Shown piece after piece: positions 50,575 through 63,172 of a DNA stretch of 64,000 nucleotides. The notes beneath the pieces were generated by a model. That model worked only from the letters and a program-made list of their open reading frames with translations, was not told the origin of the DNA and searched no databases. The DNA is taken from positions 124,001 to 188,000 of the forward strand of contig NIVC01002013.1 in assembly GCA_002269645.1 (NCBI GenBank). The letters run 5' to 3'. This stretch comes from Macrostomum lignano (lineage: Eukaryota). The translations under genes were made by a program, and so were the position numbers. Within the stretch, counting starts at the first letter, position 1, and each line of letters starts with the position of its first letter.

Positions 50575-51600
50575 AAGATTGTGGGGAGAGCCAATCAAAG
50601 CCACGTACTTTGCACGCAGAGGACGGAAAACAGGAGGTTAGCGAGAGCCAATCAAAAGCCACACATTTCACACGCAGAGGGACGGAAAACAGGTTGCGGG
50701 GAGAGCCAACCAAAAGCCACGTACTTCGCACGCAGGGGATGGAAAACACGGGGTTGGTGAGTGAGAGCCAACCAAAAGCCACGTTACTTCGCACGCAGGG
50801 GATGGAAAACACGGGGTTGGTGAGTGAGAGCCAACCAAAAGCCACGCACTTTGCACGCAGGGGACGGAAAACAGGAGGTTAGCGAGAGCCAATCAAAAGC
50901 CACACATTTCACACGCAGAGGGACGGAAAACAGGTTGCGGGGAGAGCCAACCAAAAGCCACGTACTTCGCACGCAGGGGATGGAAAACACGGGGTTGGTG
51001 AGTGAGAGCCAACCAAAAGCTACGCACTTCGCACGCAGGGGATGGAAAACACGGGGTTGGTGAGTGAGAGCCAACCAAAAGCCACGCACTTCGCCCGCAG
51101 GGGATGGAAAACACGGGGTTGGTGAGTGAGAGCCAACCAAAAGCCACACACTTCGCACGCAGAGGGACGGAAAACACGGGGTTGATGAGTGAGAGCCAAC
51201 CAAAAGCCACGTACTTCGCACGCAGGGGACGTAAAACAGGGGGTTGGTGAGTGAGAGCCAACCAAAAGCCACGCACTTCGCACGCAGGGGACGGAAAACA
51301 GGGTGTTAGCGAGAGCCAACCAAAAAGCCACGTTACTTCGCACGCAGGGGATGGAAAACAGGGGGTTGGTAAGTGAGAGCCAACCAAAAGCCGCGTACTT
51401 CGCACGCAGGGGACGGAAAACAGGGGGTTGGTGAGTGAGAGCCAACCAAAAGCCACGTACTTCGCACGCAGGGGACGGAAAACAGGGGGTTGGTAAGTGA
51501 GAGCCAACCAAAAGCCACGTACTTCGCACGCAGGGGATGGAAAACACGGGGTTGGTGAGTGAGAGCCAACCAAAAGCCACACACTTCGCACTTAGGGGGT
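50575..51600. repeat. About 62-bp intronic minisatellite
   Basis: GAGAGCCAACCAAAAGCCACGTACTTCGCACGCAGGGGATGGAAAACACGGGGTTGGTGAGT-like units. Confidence 0.93.
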
Positions 51601-51762
51601 GGGGCGGAAAACAGGGGGACAGAAGGATTGACCCGATCTCAAATCTTAAGAGTACGTTCGTATAACCATTCCAGTCTACATGTAGATAGCTCTATCTAGT
51701 TTATGCAACGTAAGAAACATCTCATAGATTTTAAAACCAATAAAAATCTGTTGAGAGCTCAC

Positions 51763-51849
51763 TATTTTGATCGAGTTTGCAGCTACGCCTGATTGCGCTG
51801 ATCAGATGCTCTTTCTGGCACGTGATGTTGAACAGGGCTGTCTTATTGT
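51763..51849 (-). CDS. CXorf65: CXorf65-family exon 2 (too short for the ORF track)
   Basis: (D)NKTALFNITCQKEHLISAIRRSCKLDQN matches the family pattern HGDN..L.N..C....L...IR. TTTCAG acceptor, GTGAGC donor, phase 1 at both ends. Confidence 0.75.
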
Positions 51850-52799
51850 CTGAAATAAGTAATTTTAATTGGTAAAGTGAAATATTTTTTGAATCCGAAA
51901 AAATTCAATCAGGTATCATTTTCCCTTAGGGTTAGGTCTGCACATGTATAATACAGCAAACTGAAAATCTATATGCATTGTATTATCCGTCTAGCCTAAA
52001 TCTATGCTTAAAATATTCAATTGTCTCCGAAGCATTGGGCAGTTCTCGTATTACAAACCTAAGAGGCTTTGCAGCCTAATGCATCAGCTGCAGTGGGGGA
52101 GCATAGGGAGAGAGAGAGAGAGTAGAAGAAGAGCATTCAGAACCCAAAGTCGTACCTGAAGTCAGAATGGCAACAGGTGAATGGCACTCAGAAACAAGAG
52201 ATGACAAGACGATAAAGAGAGAGAGAGAGCCTCTCGTCCCGACATTGATGAAGCTATGCGATGCTGGACAGTCTCAGATTAGTAAACAGTGCAATCATTT
52301 ACAACTCCACTCTGTCCCTCTCCATCCTCATTGCTATGGTATTAGTTGATGACCCACATAAAAATAGGCCTGGCAACCAGTCCCAGTGATTGATGAAGCT
52401 GCTACAGAGTTTCCGGTTGATGCTGAGAAGTCCAGAGAGCATCGCTGCGCAATCAGTTCGAGATTGCCGGGGTCTTCTCTGTGGGTGAGGCTGCCGCCCT
52501 ATTCAACTAACCATATGACAAAATACTCTCGAAGGGATTCATCAATATGAACTGTTAATACGCTTTGAGTATGATTAACTGGTACCCTCGATACACTGCA
52601 ACAGTAGCCAATCTGCAGTGTTCCGCGGTAATTAGTCTGTCTGGACTAGATGAACAAGGACAAAATGTGATTGTATTATAATATTGTGACACTTGTTCTA
52701 ACAGTCATTAGTTGCTGATATGGTGCTGGTTCATTTAGTTTCTTGATATTCAACATATTTCCTAGTTTCCTTTCGAATCAGGTGACTTTATTCACTAAA

Positions 52800-53150
52800 G
52801 AACTCACTCACTCATTCACTACTAATTCGCTCATTCAAACACTCATAAATCGCTCATCAACTCACTTTTCATCTTAAGGTGTCACTCATGAACTCACTCA
52901 TGAAGTCAATCATGAAGTCACTCATGAAGTCACTCATAAACTCACTCATGAACTCACTCATGAACTCACTCATAAACTCACTCATGAACTCACTCATGAA
53001 CTCACTCATGAACTCACTCATGAACTCACTCATGAACTCACTCATGAACTCACTCATGAACTCACTCATGAACTCACTCATGAACTCACTCATGAACTCA
53101 CTCATGAACTCACTCATGAACTCACTCATAAACTCACTCATTAACTCATC
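52800..53150. repeat. 12-bp tandem repeat (AACTCACTCATG)n, read as CATGAGTGAGTT on the gene strand
   Basis: Direct tandem repeat starting about 20 nt from the exon 1 donor. Confidence 0.93.
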
Positions 53151-53171
53151 AACCCTTCCCAGCCCACTCAC

Positions 53172-53268
53172 CGCCGTGCAGCACACAGAAGTACAGCGGT
53201 GGACAGGCCGCAGAACCGGTCGCAGAGCTCCGACCCGAGCCGGCGTCAGCGGCGGTGTCTGGCGTCAT
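53172..53268 (-). CDS. CXorf65: CXorf65-family exon 1
   Basis: MTPDTAADAGSGRSSATGSAACPPLYFCVLHG then G|GTGAGT. YFCVLHG corresponds to the family start MFI..KHG. Confidence 0.72.
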
Positions 53269-53834
53269 GCCTGCCTTGTCTCGTTCTGGCTGGCTGAGAA
53301 ACCTGTGGTTTCGCTTCTAAATTAAAAGATGATTATTGCATATATATTTTACACTTCGCTAGCTCAGACCGCTCTAATAGTAACATTATCATTTCTGCTA
53401 GGCATTGCAACCAACTATTTAGAGAAAAAGCAAGAGATGAAAGACAGGAGAGAGAAGTGAGAGATAGAGAGACAAAAAATACATTACTTGGCCTATTCCC
53501 AGCTACAAGTGGGGTCATAATAGCTTAGAGAAACTGCGGTATACCAGTCCTGCATCACTTTGAATAGCTCGTATACTCTAGTTGGCGTACGTAGAAATTT
53601 AAACGAACTCAAAGTTAGTCTGTTACTGGCTGCTCGCTCTGTGCTCTTCTCTTTCTCCTGAGCAACAGCTCTTCTTAGAACTGCTTTGAAATTCTGTGAG
53701 CTGCTGGTAAACAGCTGTGAAAAATTTGTAAGCAATACTTGATGTCTCTGATGGCCGCTTGCTAAAGGCCATTCATCATTATGTCATAATTATGTATTTA
53801 GCTTGATCTTTTACCAAATCTAGCTCTTAAATGT

Positions 53835-55158
53835 GCGTGATCTGTCATTCTATCCATGCGTGATCTGTCACTCAATCCATGCTTGATCTGTCACTCAATC
53901 CATGCGTGATCTGTCACTCAATCCATGCTTGATCTGTCACTCAACCCATGCTTGATCTGTCACTCAATCCATGCTTAATCTGTCACTCAATCCATGCTTG
54001 ATCTGTCACTCAATCCATGCGTGATCTGTCAGTCAATCCATGCGTGATCTGTCACTCAATCCATGCTTGATCTGTCACTCAATCCATGCGTGATCTGTCA
54101 TTCTATCCATGCGTGATCTGTCACTCAATCTATGCATGATCTGTCACTCAATCCATGCATGATCCGTCACTCAATCCATGCGTGATCTGTCACTCAATCC
54201 ATGCGTGATCTGTCATTCTATCCATGCGTGATCTGTCACTCAATCTATGCATGATCTGTCAGTCAATCCATGCATGATCCGTCACTCAATCCATGCGTGA
54301 TCTGTCACTCAATCCATGCGTGATCTGTCATTCTATCCATGCGTGATCTGTCACTCAATCTATGCATGATCTGTCACTCAATCCATGCATGATCCGTCAC
54401 TCAATCCATGCGTGATCTGTCACTCAATCCATGCGTGATCTGTCATTCTATCCATGCGTGATCTGTCACTCAATCTATGCATGATCTGTCAGTCAATCCA
54501 TGCATGATCCGTCACTCAATCCATGCGTGATCTGTCACTCAATCCATGCGTGATCTGTCATTCTATCCATGCGTGATCTGTCACTCAATCTATGCATGAT
54601 CTGTCAGTCAATCCATGCATGATCCGTCACTCAATCCATGCGTGATCTGTCACTCAATCCATGCGTGATCTGTCACTCAATCCATGCTTGATCTGTCACT
54701 CAATCCATGCGTGATCTGTCACTCAATCCATGCGTGATCTGTCACTCAATCCATGCTTGATCTGTCACTCAATCCATGCGTTATCTGTCACTCAATCCAT
54801 GCTTGATCTGTCACTCAATCCATGCTTGATCTGTCACTCAATCCATGCTTGATCTGTCACTCAATCCATGCTTGATCTGTCACTCAATCCATGCGTGATC
54901 TGTCACTCAATCCATGCTTGATCTGTCACTCAACCCATGCTTGATCTGTCACTCAATCCATGCTTAATCTGTCACTCAATCCATGCTTGATCTGTCACTC
55001 AATCCATGCTTAATCTGTCACTCAATCCATGCTTGATCTGTCACTCAATCCATGTTTGATCTGTCACTCAATCCATGTTTGATCTGTCACTCAATCCATG
55101 CTTGATCTGTCACTCAATCCATGTGTGATCTGTCACTCAATCCATGCGTGATCTGTCA
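53835..55158. repeat. 23-bp minisatellite with a 115-bp higher-order repeat
   Basis: Unit GATCTGTCACTCAATCCATGCGT. Variant TTCTATCC recurs at 54101, 54216, 54331, 54446 and 54561. Confidence 0.96.
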
Positions 55159-55717
55159 AAATGGCGGCAATTTCGCCTGCATTTAAATCGATAAACTGAT
55201 GGAGAATTATTGAAGAGACTGAAGGCAGAAGAAACCGTCAATTATGTGCTTAAAAAGTGTAGATTTTCCCTTGCCAATGCGTTTTTTAGGCAAAACATCT
55301 TTCTTGCGGTCCTTGCTTTCTACATTGGCAGCAGAAAGTGCACAAAAAACACCCCCAGTTTGTTGCCAGCCATCGGATGCCAGCCTTCATAAGCGCTCTG
55401 ACAGATTAAGTTTGTTAGCTGCAGTGAAGTCATATTAAGGAGGAGAGCTCTGAAGTTTAATCATATCCTGCATTATGATATGGTGTACTGTGGCTCACCA
55501 CTAATTCTTGGCTAGGCATTGAAGGCTGAAATAAATATGGAGTGAATAACTTCTTTGTCGATTGCAGAGCTGCGACAGAAATATGGAATGCCCGTGCATA
55601 ATTGATGGGGCTTACTGCTTCAGATGAAGCTCTGAAGCGATTGCGGCTTGAATGAAGATGGCTGTGCAATGCGGACTCAGTGTGAATAGACTGATTATGC
55701 TGGATACTGGATTAATA

Positions 55718-56349
<632 letters not shown>

Positions 56350-56443
56350 ATGGACATGAAAGGAACAGTCCTTAAAATTCTGACTTGACTCGGTCCGTGA
56401 GTGGCCAGGCTGCCCAGAGCCCAAGCCCAGGCTCCTCCAGCCT

Positions 56444-56490
56444 CCTATAAAGTTGCCTCATCATTGGTTTGTACGAGCTTCACTGTTCCA
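56444..56490 (+). promoter_or_regulatory. Candidate TATA box and initiator of the prepropeptide gene
   Basis: CTATAAAG near 56445 and TTCACTG about 30 nt downstream. Candidate 5'UTR donors near 56519 and 56592. Confidence 0.3.
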
Positions 56491-56755
56491 GACTGTGGAA
56501 GCTCAAGTTGGCTCTGCAGGTGTGACTTGTTAACACAAACATATTAACAGCTGTAATATTTACATATTAACTCCTTTATTAACTGAGAACAGGTGAGAAT
56601 TGAATTGTTTGTCTCTAAAATGAGTTGGGCTTTGACTTTGAGCCGAGTGTGCGCGAGAGTATACTATGTAAATGTATTATTTTTTATTTTGTGTTATACG
56701 CTCGTACGTCTCATCAATCTGCCTCATCAGTTCTAAGATTGCTACTATTTCAGAG

Positions 56756-56825
56756 ATGCGACTTACCGGTCTGCTGGCTCTGCTGTCGGTGCTGGGGACT
56801 GCACTGTCTGCGGCACAACAACTCG
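56756..56825 (+). CDS. Secreted Cys-rich prepropeptide, signal peptide exon
   Basis: MRLTGLLALLSVLGTALSAAQQL then G|GTGAGC, phase 1. Confidence 0.8.
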
Positions 56826-56845
56826 GTGAGCTTCTGTGGGAATTC

Positions 56846-57335
56846 CTGTCTTTGTATCCACCTATCTTTGTATCTGCCTGTCTTTGTATCTACCTGTCTT
56901 TGTATCTACCTGTCTTTGTATCTACCTGTTTTTGTATCTACCTGTCTTTGTATTTAACTGTCTTTGTATCTATCTGTCTTTGTATCTACCTGTATTTGTA
57001 TCTACCTGTCTTTGTATTTACCTGTCTTTGTATCTATCTGTCTTTGTATCTACCTGTCTTTGTATCTACCTGTATTTGTATCTACCTGTCTTTGTATTTT
57101 CCTGTCTTTGTATCTATCTGTCTTTGTATCTACCTGTCTTTGTATCTACCTGTCTACCTGTCTAATGCAGATCTAATGCTGATCTGATGCAGATCTAATG
57201 CTGATCTAATGCTGATCTAATGCTGATCTAATGCTGATCTAATGCTGATCTAATGCTGATCTAATGCTGATCTAATGCTGATCTAATGCTGATCTAATGC
57301 TGATCTAATGCTGATCTAATGCTGATCTAATGCTA
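56846..57335. repeat. Two adjacent intronic arrays: 16-bp (TGTATCTACCTGTCTT) then 11-bp (CTAATGCTGAT)
   Basis: Direct tandem repeats, switching near 57163. Confidence 0.92.
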
Positions 57336-57378
57336 TTCATCTAGCATCCTGTACTTGTGAATTCGTAAAATCCCTCAG

Positions 57379-57656
57379 ATGAACAACAGTTGCGGCAGCA
57401 GAAGCCGATGCCGGATGCTGAACTCCTCACTGACCTCATTGAGAAGCGAGGCGTCGAGCTGGCGGGCGACATGTACTGCTGCGTGAACGGCATCCCCGGC
57501 TGCTGCCGCCGGCGCCGCCGCCGCTCAGCGCCGGGTGCCGACGAGGCCCAGGAGAAGCTGCGTGCCGCCTGCAGCTGCTGCCGCAGGCGGTCGGCCTTGT
57601 CGAGTCCCTCGCCCTGCTGCCTGGCCTGTCGCCAGTTGGCGCACCAGCTGGGCTGA
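57379..57656 (+). CDS. Secreted Cys-rich prepropeptide, exon 2
   Basis: CCCTCAG acceptor, phase 1. (D)EQQLRQQKPMPDAELLTDLIEKR-GVELAGDMYCCVNGIPGCC-RRRRRR-SAPGADEAQEKLRAACSCCRRRSALSSPSPCCLACRQLAHQLG*. AATAAA near 57724. Confidence 0.82.
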
Positions 57657-57980
57657 AGTTGAACAACAAAGACTTGAAAACAAAACAAAAGCAGAACAAA
57701 CAGATCGAACAAAATTCCCCTTGTAATAAACGTTTATGAGCTTTGACTCAAGCGGCTGCGACTTGCTTGCAAATGCAGCCTTTTTTCTGAATTTTGTTTG
57801 CTTCTGTTCGGCTGCAGTTGCCCAGCTCAGGGCTGCGAAATGCTTTAGGTCGATGCCGCCTTGCCGCGGGATGGAGTACTTATTGATTGGTCTCGGAACC
57901 TCCTACTCGTAATTAGACAATGAGGCTGATGAGGGCTCTCTATTATGAGCGATCGAAGATGTCCCTCTGGCAGCTCGTGC

Positions 57981-58275
<295 letters not shown>

Positions 58276-58804
58276 TGACAACAGTGGAAAATGCAGCTTC
58301 GCCAATGCTATTTTGGTCGAATGCAGCTGCTGATCCGCCCACTCGGTCAAGGGCCAGCCCAAATTTACAATTGGCAGTGCGACGCACTCTTCAACTCTTC
58401 TTGAGTCTCGCGCGCACTTCATTAATTAACTTTGCTGCTCAACTTCCGAATAATTTCAGCCAGTTTCGCCCCCCCCCCCAGTTAGGAACTAGATTCCTTT
58501 CTCCATCCTTTTCTCCACTTGGAGCTGTCTACACATTGATTCATTGTCAGCGCGAGCTGGTTAGCAGAGGAAGTGAAAATCCGGCTTCCCAGCCGCCGAA
58601 AACATGTTTTCTTTATTTCTAGCCATGACAGTTTCTAGCCTCCAAAGGTAAATAGTCTTTGAGTTAATTCAATTTTGTGGGAATTCGTAGAAATAGCTGG
58701 TTAATTTGATCCATTGTTTCAAGTTCTGCGTGACAAAGCCGTGCTGACAATTTCCTAAGAGTTTTATTATTTACTATGCCCTAGCCAATTAGCTATGAGG
58801 GAGA

Positions 58805-58935
58805 TAAGTGTCAGATGAGGGTGTCAGGTGAGACAGTAGGGATGTCAGTTAAGACGGTGAAGATGTCAGGTGAGACGTTGAGGATGTCAGATGAGACAGT
58901 GAGGATGTCAGATGAGACAGTGAGGATGTCAAATG
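58805..58935. repeat. 21-bp short array (GATGTCAGGTGAGACAGTGAG)
   Basis: About 6 degenerate units. Confidence 0.75.
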
Positions 58936-59469
58936 AGAATATTTGAATTGAACGTTTCAAACAGTATTAATTTAAAATAGATTTTTATGCTTCATACGGT
59001 ACTTGTTGCGTGAGAAAACAGATTTGGATAGAATATCTAGAAATTTCTTCCTTTAATCTTCACTTCCCCAGTCCATTAGTCCAGTTTACCCCAAACCGAA
59101 TGGGATATTAACTGACGTTCCCAGCCGCCTTTGAGCAGCAAGTCAAGTAAAAGGCGGTTGAATTATTCACAATAAAATCAATGCGCCCGACCGCCACAGG
59201 ATCGTATCTGAACGAAATTGAAGATCTTAACGTAAAATATGAAGTAATATTTATTTTTTTATGAAATCTACTCAACATACTACTGATCAAAAACTTGAGT
59301 AGTAATAACAGCTTTGAATATGGATGAAGGAATAAGAGTCTCGTGATAGATTCCCCTACTAGATTGTACACCAAGACAAGCAATGAAAAACGGGAGCCTT
59401 TTGGCAGGAGCAAATTGGCAAAAGCACTTTGGCATGAGTATTTGGACAGGTGCAAATCATTTCGATTTA

Positions 59470-59760
59470 ATAATAGTATCGTTTGATTAATAGCATCGTT
59501 TTAATAATAGTGTCGTTTCAATAATAGCGTCGTTTTAAAAGCAGTGTCGTTTTAATGGTAGCATCATTTTAATGATAGTGTCGTTTTAATAATAGTGTCA
59601 TTTTAATATTAGTGTCGTTTCAATGATAGTGTCGTTTTAATAATAGTGTCATTTTAATATTAGTGTCGTTTCAATGATAGTGTCGTTTTACTAGTAGTGT
59701 CGTTTTAATAGTAGCATATTGTTTTAATAATGGTATCGTTTTTATAGAAGCATCGTTTTT
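59470..59760. repeat. Degenerate AT-rich tandem repeat (AATAGTGTCGTTTTA)
   Basis: Repeated units of about 15-17 bp. Confidence 0.8.
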
Positions 59761-60985
59761 AGTAGCATATAGTGCATAATAGTTTAGTAGTAATTTTAAG
59801 ACTATTTACAAATAGAAAGCAAGATATTTGACATAGTGTTAACGAAAACCATCTACTATAATAGCATAGTTGCGGAACAATGATTGAAGCATTGCACGAT
59901 ACGATAACAATTTGTCTATGGCCATTAAGATAAAACCTGACTTTACAAAATACAGGACGGCTCATGGCTGAATTATTTGCACAGGCAAGCACAATTAACA
60001 ATACAAAGCATATGAAAGCTCTTAAACAAAATTTTAAATACAATAAGAACACTTATCTCAAGCTAAAAGAATGGCCGACTCAAACGATGTCGCCTGTCCA
60101 GCATGTCGTTTGATGCTCTCCAGCGAGAACATAGTTAGACATATTGCCAGCCAAAATGTCAACTTTATCAACGAATTTGACTGGAGCAACGGAACCATTA
60201 CGTCCGGCTGTTGATGCAACAAATCTGCTCAAGGCGAAAGCAATATGGCATTCGTTGAGAGTACAATAGCAACCCGAGACGTCGCGTAACCGTAAAACAA
60301 GTGTCGAGGCACATCGTTTGGACGTGTGCTCGAAAACCGGCAATCGATGGCACCGGCACCAGACACAACAGTGACGCCGCCGAACTAGATGAGCCCATGC
60401 CAGCCGGACCGTCAACCAGCGGCGTTACAACGGACCATGCGGCAACTCGCGATGAGAATGGAGACATCAGCGTCGACACCAACGTGACAGATGCAGCGAC
60501 ATGCAGCGAGATCGAGCAGCTACAACTGAGTCCGCTGATCCCGCACGACAGTCAGAACTAAACATACAAATGTCGAATAGTTCGCGTACGCAGGACTCAG
60601 ATCGGTCAAAAAATCTACCAAACGCAAAACAGCGGACAACGTGGTCGTCTCAATTGCAGCATTAGATGGAGACACAATCAGTGCACCCGTCCGATTGAGC
60701 GCTAAGCAGACTGTTCAACAGGCCAAGGCGACACGGCCACATGGCGACATGACGATGGCGACAAGGAGTCAATGCGACACGACGATGACGGCGGCTGCGT
60801 TGACAGACGCCGATTAGAATGCGGAAGAGTTTTCACGTCGACTGTATGGTAAGAGAGAATATATTTTACATCAATCTGTGCAACTATACAGTAGTAATAT
60901 ACACTCAGCAACATTGAAAAGTGTCCACGTCTGCACAAAAGGCTACACTAGCTGAACGATTAGGATTGAAAGGTTTTTAACTATG

Positions 60986-61486
60986 TTTGGGCTATAGACA
61001 ATCAAAATAAGGCAACAAAGAATGAACAGCGAAACAAATCCATGGCCATTTCCATGCTGTGTACGTGTCTAAAGCACAGTCAGTAACACGTATAGATAGC
61101 AACCACGAGCATCCAACAGACCGCTCACTCGTCGAGACATTCCCGAACAAGGCGCCGCAGAAAGTCTTGTGGAAGCTGTTGCCACGCGACTGAAAGCGCA
61201 TTGCGCAGCTGAACCATGTTCTGGGGGGATAGAGATTGATACACCGAATCATGCGCTTCAGGAAATCCCACACGTGCTCAATCGAGTTCATATCCGGTGA
61301 TCTGGACGGCCAACGCAGAGTGCGCCAATCAGTCATTTAGCGGACTACGCTCGTATCGTTGTCATCTGCATCCAGATGCCTCCAGTAAACCCCTGTACAC
61401 TCGTTACTGTAACGCTTTTCCCTGTGACACCAGATATCGGTCTTTACACTTTCCTGCCCTTTTTGCTCATTTGTCTATGGCCCAAA
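60986..61486. mobile_element. Inverted-repeat-bounded element of unknown class, without TSD
   Basis: TTTGGGCTATAGACAA versus TTGTCTATGGCCCAAA (16 bp, 1 mismatch). Confidence 0.5.
61100..61336 (-). pseudogene. Tc1-like transposase C-terminal fragment
   Basis: WPSRSPDMNSIEHVWDFLKR matches the Tc1 WP..SPDLNPIE.VW motif, then frameshifts. Confidence 0.85.
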
Positions 61487-61964
61487 ACCAATTGGCGAAA
61501 CCATCGATCGTGCTGCCCATGGACCCTTGGCGCAAGGGTGGACACTTTTAAATGTTGCTGAGTTTATATAGTCAGCCAGATTCGAGGAGTTTATTCAACA
61601 GACGAATTCTGCTGGCTAATAAAGTGGACGCTGTCGATATGGTGCGCGCACTTCGTAATCATGTTGACCTAGTTGTCCGCAATCTGTCAGCTAGCAAAAT
61701 GGCATTTCACACTGACACCAGCGGTGCTGCCGTCGACGATCTCGAATAAGGGAGTAGACATGTCCGCTAGATTGTCGCCAATGCCATTGATGGCTTTGAA
61801 CGCATTATATTGCAATAGGATTTAAACAAACAGGGCCATAACTCATGCTGAAACTCGATCTCGTTTACGCTTGTAGCTGAACTTTTGTTGAAGTGACCTG
61901 CTTAAAACTTTCTTTAAAACTTTGAATTCTTTTAGTTAATGATCATGGGATGCCAGATGAGACA

Positions 61965-62130
61965 CACGGTGTACATGCTCGTTGTATACACTCAATGTAC
62001 ACACTCAATGTACATATTCAATGTACACACTCAATGTACACACTTAATGTACATTCAATGTACACAGTAATCACACTCAATTTACACAATCAATGTACAT
62101 ACTCAATGTACACACCCAGTGTACACAATC
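61965..62130. repeat. Degenerate 13-bp TGTACA-rich array (TACACACTCAATG)
   Basis: Direct tandem repeat. Confidence 0.8.
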
Positions 62131-62559
62131 GACTCTCTCTAAACTGGTTTCCCAAAGATTTGCTTGTTGCTCAACGGTCAATGGGGTTTTGCCATAGACA
62201 AAGTCAAGGTACAGGTAAAAAATCCGTTAAGAATAGTTAACCTACAGAAAGTGCATTTCTCGCCTCTTTCCCAGTCTCATCCTTTTCCCGAGGAACAGCA
62301 ACTTCTATGGTAATTTATCGGTTGTAGGAGTCCTGCTACAGTTGCATTTAACAAATGTAAACTAAACAAAACCAACAACAACATGAAGTTTAACATAGTA
62401 AGAAATACGCCGTACACTGTGGAAGCGTCTTTTAAGCACTCACTCAAAAACGATTTCAACAGTGTTGGTGTTACCGTTGATGTTAGGCCTCATTTTCTTT
62501 GCAGGATTAGCTCTCACTACGTGCTTTGTTCCATAGCTTCAACAGAGAGTTCAGGCTCG

Positions 62560-62860
62560 GTTTTAATAGACTGAATTGATGACTGACCACCAGAAGAGCA
62601 TGCGATACTTTAACATGGTCTTGTGCGTGAAACTGAATATAGCGCTCAATAGCTGTCGAAGAGTGTCCTGTCACACATGAGCAATGTCCTCTCTAGCGAA
62701 GCCAGCACGGTGTAGAGTACTTGCGCAAGTCTTGTATAGAGACTGATTACCTTTCAGTCACTCCAGTTAGGGGAGCCGTTAATTCACGAACAACACCGTC
62801 CAAGCTGTGACGGCCGACGGGTGACAACTAGTAGCAGGATTCGTTGTTGCGGATTCTTTA
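62560..62860 (-). pseudogene. Second, decayed Crypton tyrosine recombinase C-terminus
   Basis: Reading through stops: SPVGRHSLDGVVRELTAP*LE*LKGNQSLYKTCASTLHRAGFAREDIAHVTGHSSTAIERYIQ, collinear with PVG..TL/H..R/TGH/ERY of the 46.9-kb recombinase. Confidence 0.75.
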
Positions 62861-63172
62861 CTTTCAAAATATCTTAACACTCTAGATCTAAGTCGTCTTG
62901 CATTGTAAAATGTTACTGTTATGTATGTAGGAGACAAAAAAAATGGATGAACTGCTGTTATAGTTAGCCTAGGCTTGTTGAAACGGGGAGAAACGCACGG
63001 CATCCCGCCCGCTGCAATAATCTATGGCCAACTTCAATAAGTAAAAAACTCGTATGCATATAAGTATCTAGTTAATGTTTCTACAACTTGTATATTTTAA
63101 AAGTAAAGCTTAGTGCTGCTTAATAATTCTTAGTATCAGTTACTATTTTTTCAATTCGCAAAATAAGGAGTT

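Noticed and set aside
12705-55158. CRISPR-like appearance of the 23-35 bp arrays
   Set aside because: Units are contiguous with no unique spacers, there are no cas genes, and the context is eukaryotic.
57845-57980. Possible minus-strand terminal exon after the (TCTG)n tract
   Set aside because: No recognisable product and no upstream exon identified.
60072-60561. CxxC...H zinc-finger-like fragment (MADSNDVACPACRLML...RH) and adjacent ORFs
   Set aside because: Broken by stops; probably transposon debris but cannot be assigned.
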